A stretch of 64,000 nt of DNA from Squalus acanthias (Eukaryota): the NCBI GenBank assembly GCA_030390025.1, contig JASTWF010000033.1:6636001-6700000 (forward strand), given 5' to 3'. Within the stretch, counting starts at the first letter, position 1. Each line of letters opens with the position of its first letter. The position numbers were made by a program, and so were the translations under genes. Positions 59,891-64,000 of this stretch are shown in pieces. Under the pieces are notes generated by a model, which was not told the DNA's origin, did no database searches, and saw nothing but the letters and a program-made list of their open reading frames with translations.

Positions 59891-60794
59891 TAGGGGATGT
59901 GGCAGCAACAACTGAACAGATAGTCTCAATCTTAGCGACTTAGATGTCCCTGAGCTCCTCACACTTGTTTTTTGGAGGTAACGGTGGAGGAGCCAGGGTA
60001 GAGGGGTTTAAGGAGATTGTTTGTCGTGGGATATCATTGCTCTCTTGGATGATTTTGGTTTAGTGGGAGGGTTTGGCAGAGGAGATCTCGGTCTGTCAGT
60101 GTTTGACGGTTCTGGTGATGGAAGAACCAGGCTTGCGCCGCATACACTGAAGTCTGTGGCCCTTAGAATTGACGAAGTGAAGATGGAGCCATATCTCGGG
60201 GAATGAGCAAGGTGTTACTAGGGACAAGGTCATCAACGTTATAGGTGAAGGAATAAACCGAGGACATGGATTAGACAGTAAGAGAGATTCAAAAGTGAGA
60301 GAATCATGAGAGAGTCTTCAGTGGTGGGGCTTTGTGTTTAATTAACAATCCAAAAACATTAGTAACTTCAAGAACGCCAGCACTATCCAATATACGTCTG
60401 CGAATCTGCAATACATTTATTCATAACTGAAAGCTTACAATAACTTTACAATCAAACGCACATTATTTTATGTTGATATTAAAAAGCTCTTAAATCTGTT
60501 TTCAGCAATGCAGCAATACCCTGCAGCCAGTAGAGCCAGCATCCGACTGTGATACTTTAGTAGATTTTCGAATTTCCCACTTGGGCGTTAAGCATCGCCT
60601 GGGAGGAGTGTAGAGAGGCAAATCTAGAAGGGGCGGATCGCACGGTTGTAGCTAAAATGGAACACCATTAATATCAATGGAAGGGAAGTTAGTCGTGTTC
60701 CATAAGGGGAGTGAGATCACTGACGCTAAATAAACCAAAGACCAGGAGGGAGGATGGACATCACCCGCAGATTGCATTTCTTTATACGGCCATT

Positions 60795-61580
60795 TTCCAT
60801 CGACAACGCAAAATCATCGAGCAGAAACTGATAGCCAAGTTCTGCACTATTGAGGACGGCCTCAACCGGGATCTCGGGTTCATGTCACGCTACAGAACGT
60901 GACTCGACATCGTTGCCTGGTTTCCCAGTTTTAAAAAAAATGTTAAAAGCCTAACTGCAGACTGCAGGATTTGACACGTTGGACCCCCTGTGACCCATCT
61001 CATTGTCTTAGCTGTACTCTGATGTGTCTTTGATGTAATGCCTCCCTGACGGATTGTATCTCTGCAGACACATTGTTCTCTGTCTATATATACTGTGATG
61101 TGGAGATGCCGGCGTTGGACTGGGGTGGACAAAAATCAGAAGTCGCACAACACCAGGTTATAGTCCAACAGATTTATTTAAAATTACAAGCTTTCGGAGC
61201 TGTCGCTCCTTCTTCAGGTAGGGTAGCTGTGAGAGAATCTCCCAGAATTCACAATATAAACATAGTAAAAATGTATTCAAATCTTTCCCTACATCAAAGA
61301 CACACTAAGAGCACAGCCAAGACAATGAGATGTGTCTCAGGGGGTCCAACGTGTCAAAACACCTGCTGGCTGCATATCCTCTCCATTTGGGTTTGGTTCT
61401 TGTGTTAGTTTTTTTTTAAACCTGGAAAGACCGGCCAAGATGTCAAGTCACGTTCTGTATCGATACTGTGTAATCGATTTATATTCCCTCACTGTACCTG
61501 AAGAAGGAGCAGAGCTCCGAAAGCTCGTCATTTCAAATAAAACTGTTGGACTATAACCTGGTGTCGTGTGACTTCTAATT
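60795..61580. mobile_element. Penelope-like element remnants: ORF C-terminus and 3' region (+), an inverted copy (~61094-61462, -) and a further terminal piece (+)
   Basis: QRKIIEQKLIAKF...DGLNRDLGFMSRY resembles the end of a Penelope GIY-YIG domain. 60888-61035 is mirrored at ~61290-61462. Hammerhead-like cores lie at 61188-61217 (-) and 61498-61526 (+). Confidence 0.82.
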
Positions 61581-61711
61581 TTTGGATAATATTGAAAGGT
61601 GTTAAATGTTAATGACCATTGGCTTGCTCGGCTCTCGACCTCTTGTTGAGTGGGGCGCGCCTTTTCCCGGGAGAGCTGCAAATGTTCTACAGGTGCACCA
61701 TTGTGTAGATG

Positions 61712-62503
61712 TTGGAGTCCTCACCGCAGGTTTTGAAGGTGTCTCGATGACCCTGAAAGGCAGAACGGCAACATTCTAAAAGCAGCATTGTTCCAGTGGG
61801 CGGTCGGTAACGGAAAATATTGCACAAATGTAAAGGATTTTGATTGTCTGCTGACAGTTATATTTTCAGATGAAGTTATCAGCTCATGGTCATTTGTGTA
61901 AAAACAAGGAAGATCTCGCGAGCAGCAACAGAGAAACAGGAGATGCTGGAAACACATAGCGGCCGGTACTTTCCTGTGTACGATGCATAAACCGGGTGAG
62001 ATGAGACTGAACGCCTGCAGGACTGACATGGATGGAATGGAAATCGAGAATATTCACAGTGGCAGAATCCATATCGTCAGTTTTACACTCCCCAAAATAT
62101 GAAACTGCCAGCGCCTACTTCCAACAGCACTCACAAAGAGAAGGGAGAAATGAACGTTCCAGGTGCTATACAGAGATGGTTGGTGTAAGACATGGAAACC
62201 GCACACTCGTTCAGTGAGGTTAATAGAAAATTTTCTTTTTTACATACAATGCTCTGCATATTCCTCACAGACACCAACAGCTAAACCCTCACTGCTGTAC
62301 ATTGTTTGGATTCGGTTGTACAGCATTATGTTTACCCATATGCGGCTGCAACCGTGATTAGTAACCTGTTAGTTCAATTCATTTCGTATAGGGAGCCAAC
62401 AGAAAACCTCACAACCCACTGGAACAATGCTGCTTTTAGAATGTTGCCGTTCTGCCTTTCAGGGTCATCGAGACACCTTCAAAACCTGCGGTGAGGACTC
62501 CAA
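61712..62503. repeat. Perfect 89-bp inverted repeat (61712-61800 / 62415-62503) around a 614-bp spacer
   Basis: The arms were compared base by base and show no mismatch. Imperfect pairing extends ~10 nt further outward. Confidence 0.95.
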
Positions 62504-62518
62504 AATCTCACAACTCAA

Positions 62519-62620
62519 GATATCCTGATCTCCTCTCCAGCCCACCTAATATCCACAGCTCCTCCCCTCCCCATCTAATATACTCAGGCCCACCCCGCCC
62601 CAACAAGTATCTTCAGCTCA
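62519..62620. repeat. Degenerate short copy of the 29-bp minisatellite found at 29100-29586
   Basis: CCCACCTAATATCCACAGCTCCTCCCC is nearly identical to that unit; same orientation. Confidence 0.75.
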
Positions 62621-62629
62621 TCCACATCC

Positions 62630-62975
62630 TTTAATGTACACGGTGCATGTTAACATGTATGTAGTCGAAGTAAGGGCGACTATATGTCCCTTGGTTGCTT
62701 AAGCTACAATGTGCATGTTAACGGGTCTCTATGATTAGTAAGGGCGAATGCACGTGTCCTGTTTGTTTAAGGTACCAGGTGCATGTTTATAGGTTTATTG
62801 GACATGTAAAGGCGACTGTTCGCCCCCTAGTGGTTTAAGCTACAGGTGCATCTTAATAGGTGAGGAGAGTGAGTAAAGGTGAGTGTGCTGCCCTCTGGTG
62901 GTTTAATGTACACTATACATTTTACAAGGTCTGTAGCGTAAGTCAGGGTGCGTGTCCGCCCCCTGGTGGTTAATG
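62630..62975. repeat. Diverged ~68-bp tandem repeat (5 units), the last three ending in CTCF-like motifs
   Basis: The pattern TTAA(G/T)...TAC...GTGCATGTT...GTAA(G/A)GGCGA recurs. CGCCCCCTAGTGG at 62821, TGCCCTCTGGTGG at 62889, CGCCCCCTGGTGG at 62957. Confidence 0.8.
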
Positions 62976-64000
62976 TGGAAGTTGCGGCGCTGTCTCATGC
63001 AGCTTCAAATTTTAGTTAGCGAATTAAAGCTTTATGAAACAGTTTACACATAAATATTGCGAACCCGAAGGAAAATAAGAATAATTTTACAGCCAATAAT
63101 TTATTCTACAGTTTGAAGGACTGCCGAACGTGGTTACAGAGTGACTGGGACAACTTTATTAACATGTGTTCCATTGCATCAAATTGTGATGAAGTTTCCT
63201 CTTTTATCACTTTACAGACTATATTTTAAGGATCTCGGTAAAAATCTTCCATGTTTATAATACAGGAGATCTCAGTGAGAATCTGTTCAGAGTAACATGG
63301 TCCAGGTTGGGTGAAGACAAATAGAGAAGCTTTTACAGAAGGCGCTGGTTGGGAATCCGGGGAATGCAAGTCTCTGCTAGAAACAAAAGCATCGTGTTGG
63401 TAACAAAACACAGCTGCCCAAAGACTCAGAGACTTGTAATGGAAAAAAAAAACAGCAGCCCAGAGAGTAGCGCTCAAACATCTGATTGTTGCACCGACAC
63501 GTTACAGGCACAACGTTCTGCGGCACTCTGTCACAGTAATATCTTGATTCCTAGGAATAGGCAGTAATGCGGTGTCTAAGGCGGCAATCGCAGCTTTCAA
63601 CCAGCGCCTCGATCAATCCGGGAGTTGGGGAACAGTGAAAAACTGATTCGCAAAAATCTTTTTAGATTTTGAGTGTGCACATAATTGTACAAAGAAAGAT
63701 ACATTTTACAGGTGTTTTGATGTATTGCATTTTATTCATAGTTAGCCACAAATGTGAATTATTACTAAAGAGGCCCTGGGTGGAGGGAGCACACAGAGCC
63801 AGGAATGAACCATTGAGGATACTGCACATTTCTCCACCACTTTGTTCACAGACATACTCACCTTGGACTCTCCCACACCTGGGGGTCTGGATCAAGGTGG
63901 GGGAAGCAGGCACCAGGTTAGGTGAGGTGCTGTGGACTGCGAGGAGGTGGGTTTGACAGTCAGGCCTTGGCTATGTCAGGGGAGGCAGAGCGAGTGGTCT

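Noticed and set aside
63856..64000. Minus-strand splice donor AG|GTGAGT at ~63861 with a possible exon at the window edge
   Set aside because: All three frames contain stops within the available sequence and I see no recognisable homology; it cannot be judged here.

Overview
Repeat-dense vertebrate genomic DNA, most consistent with a cartilaginous fish (shark/ray); this is inferred from the CR1/L2/RTE/Penelope/Deu-SINE content and the expanded GPR139-like receptor type. Two related 18-bp satellite arrays face each other in inverted orientation: A at 1-19251 (TTTGAGGGGCTGTATTAG) and B at 35806-43900 (minus-strand consensus ATTGAAGTGCTGTATTAG). Each carries a CR1 insertion. Between them lie a two-exon GPR139-like GPCR on the plus strand, whose only exon-1 ATGs are out of frame, and a ~6-kb internally deleted class I-like endogenous retrovirus. 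The provirus has a tRNA-Ser PBS, two diverged RNase H/integrase-zinc-finger modules, an env TM remnant, dissimilar LTRs and no target-site duplication. Just beyond array B is an intact minus-strand first exon of a second GPR139-like gene, absent from the ORF track, with no partner exon 2 in the window. The right third is nested retroelements (a Deu-type SINE split by a second SINE and a CR1 that holds a Harbinger-like MITE), Penelope ends with hammerhead-like cores, a perfect 89-bp inverted repeat, and a 68-bp tandem repeat with three CTCF-like motifs. Most ORFs in the supplied track are satellite or antisense artefacts. No new biological system can be demonstrated from sequence alone. The best leads are the satellite/GPCR 5'-end association, the ERV as a rearrangement junction, and the duplicated pol module. 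Boundaries of old, decayed repeats are approximate.
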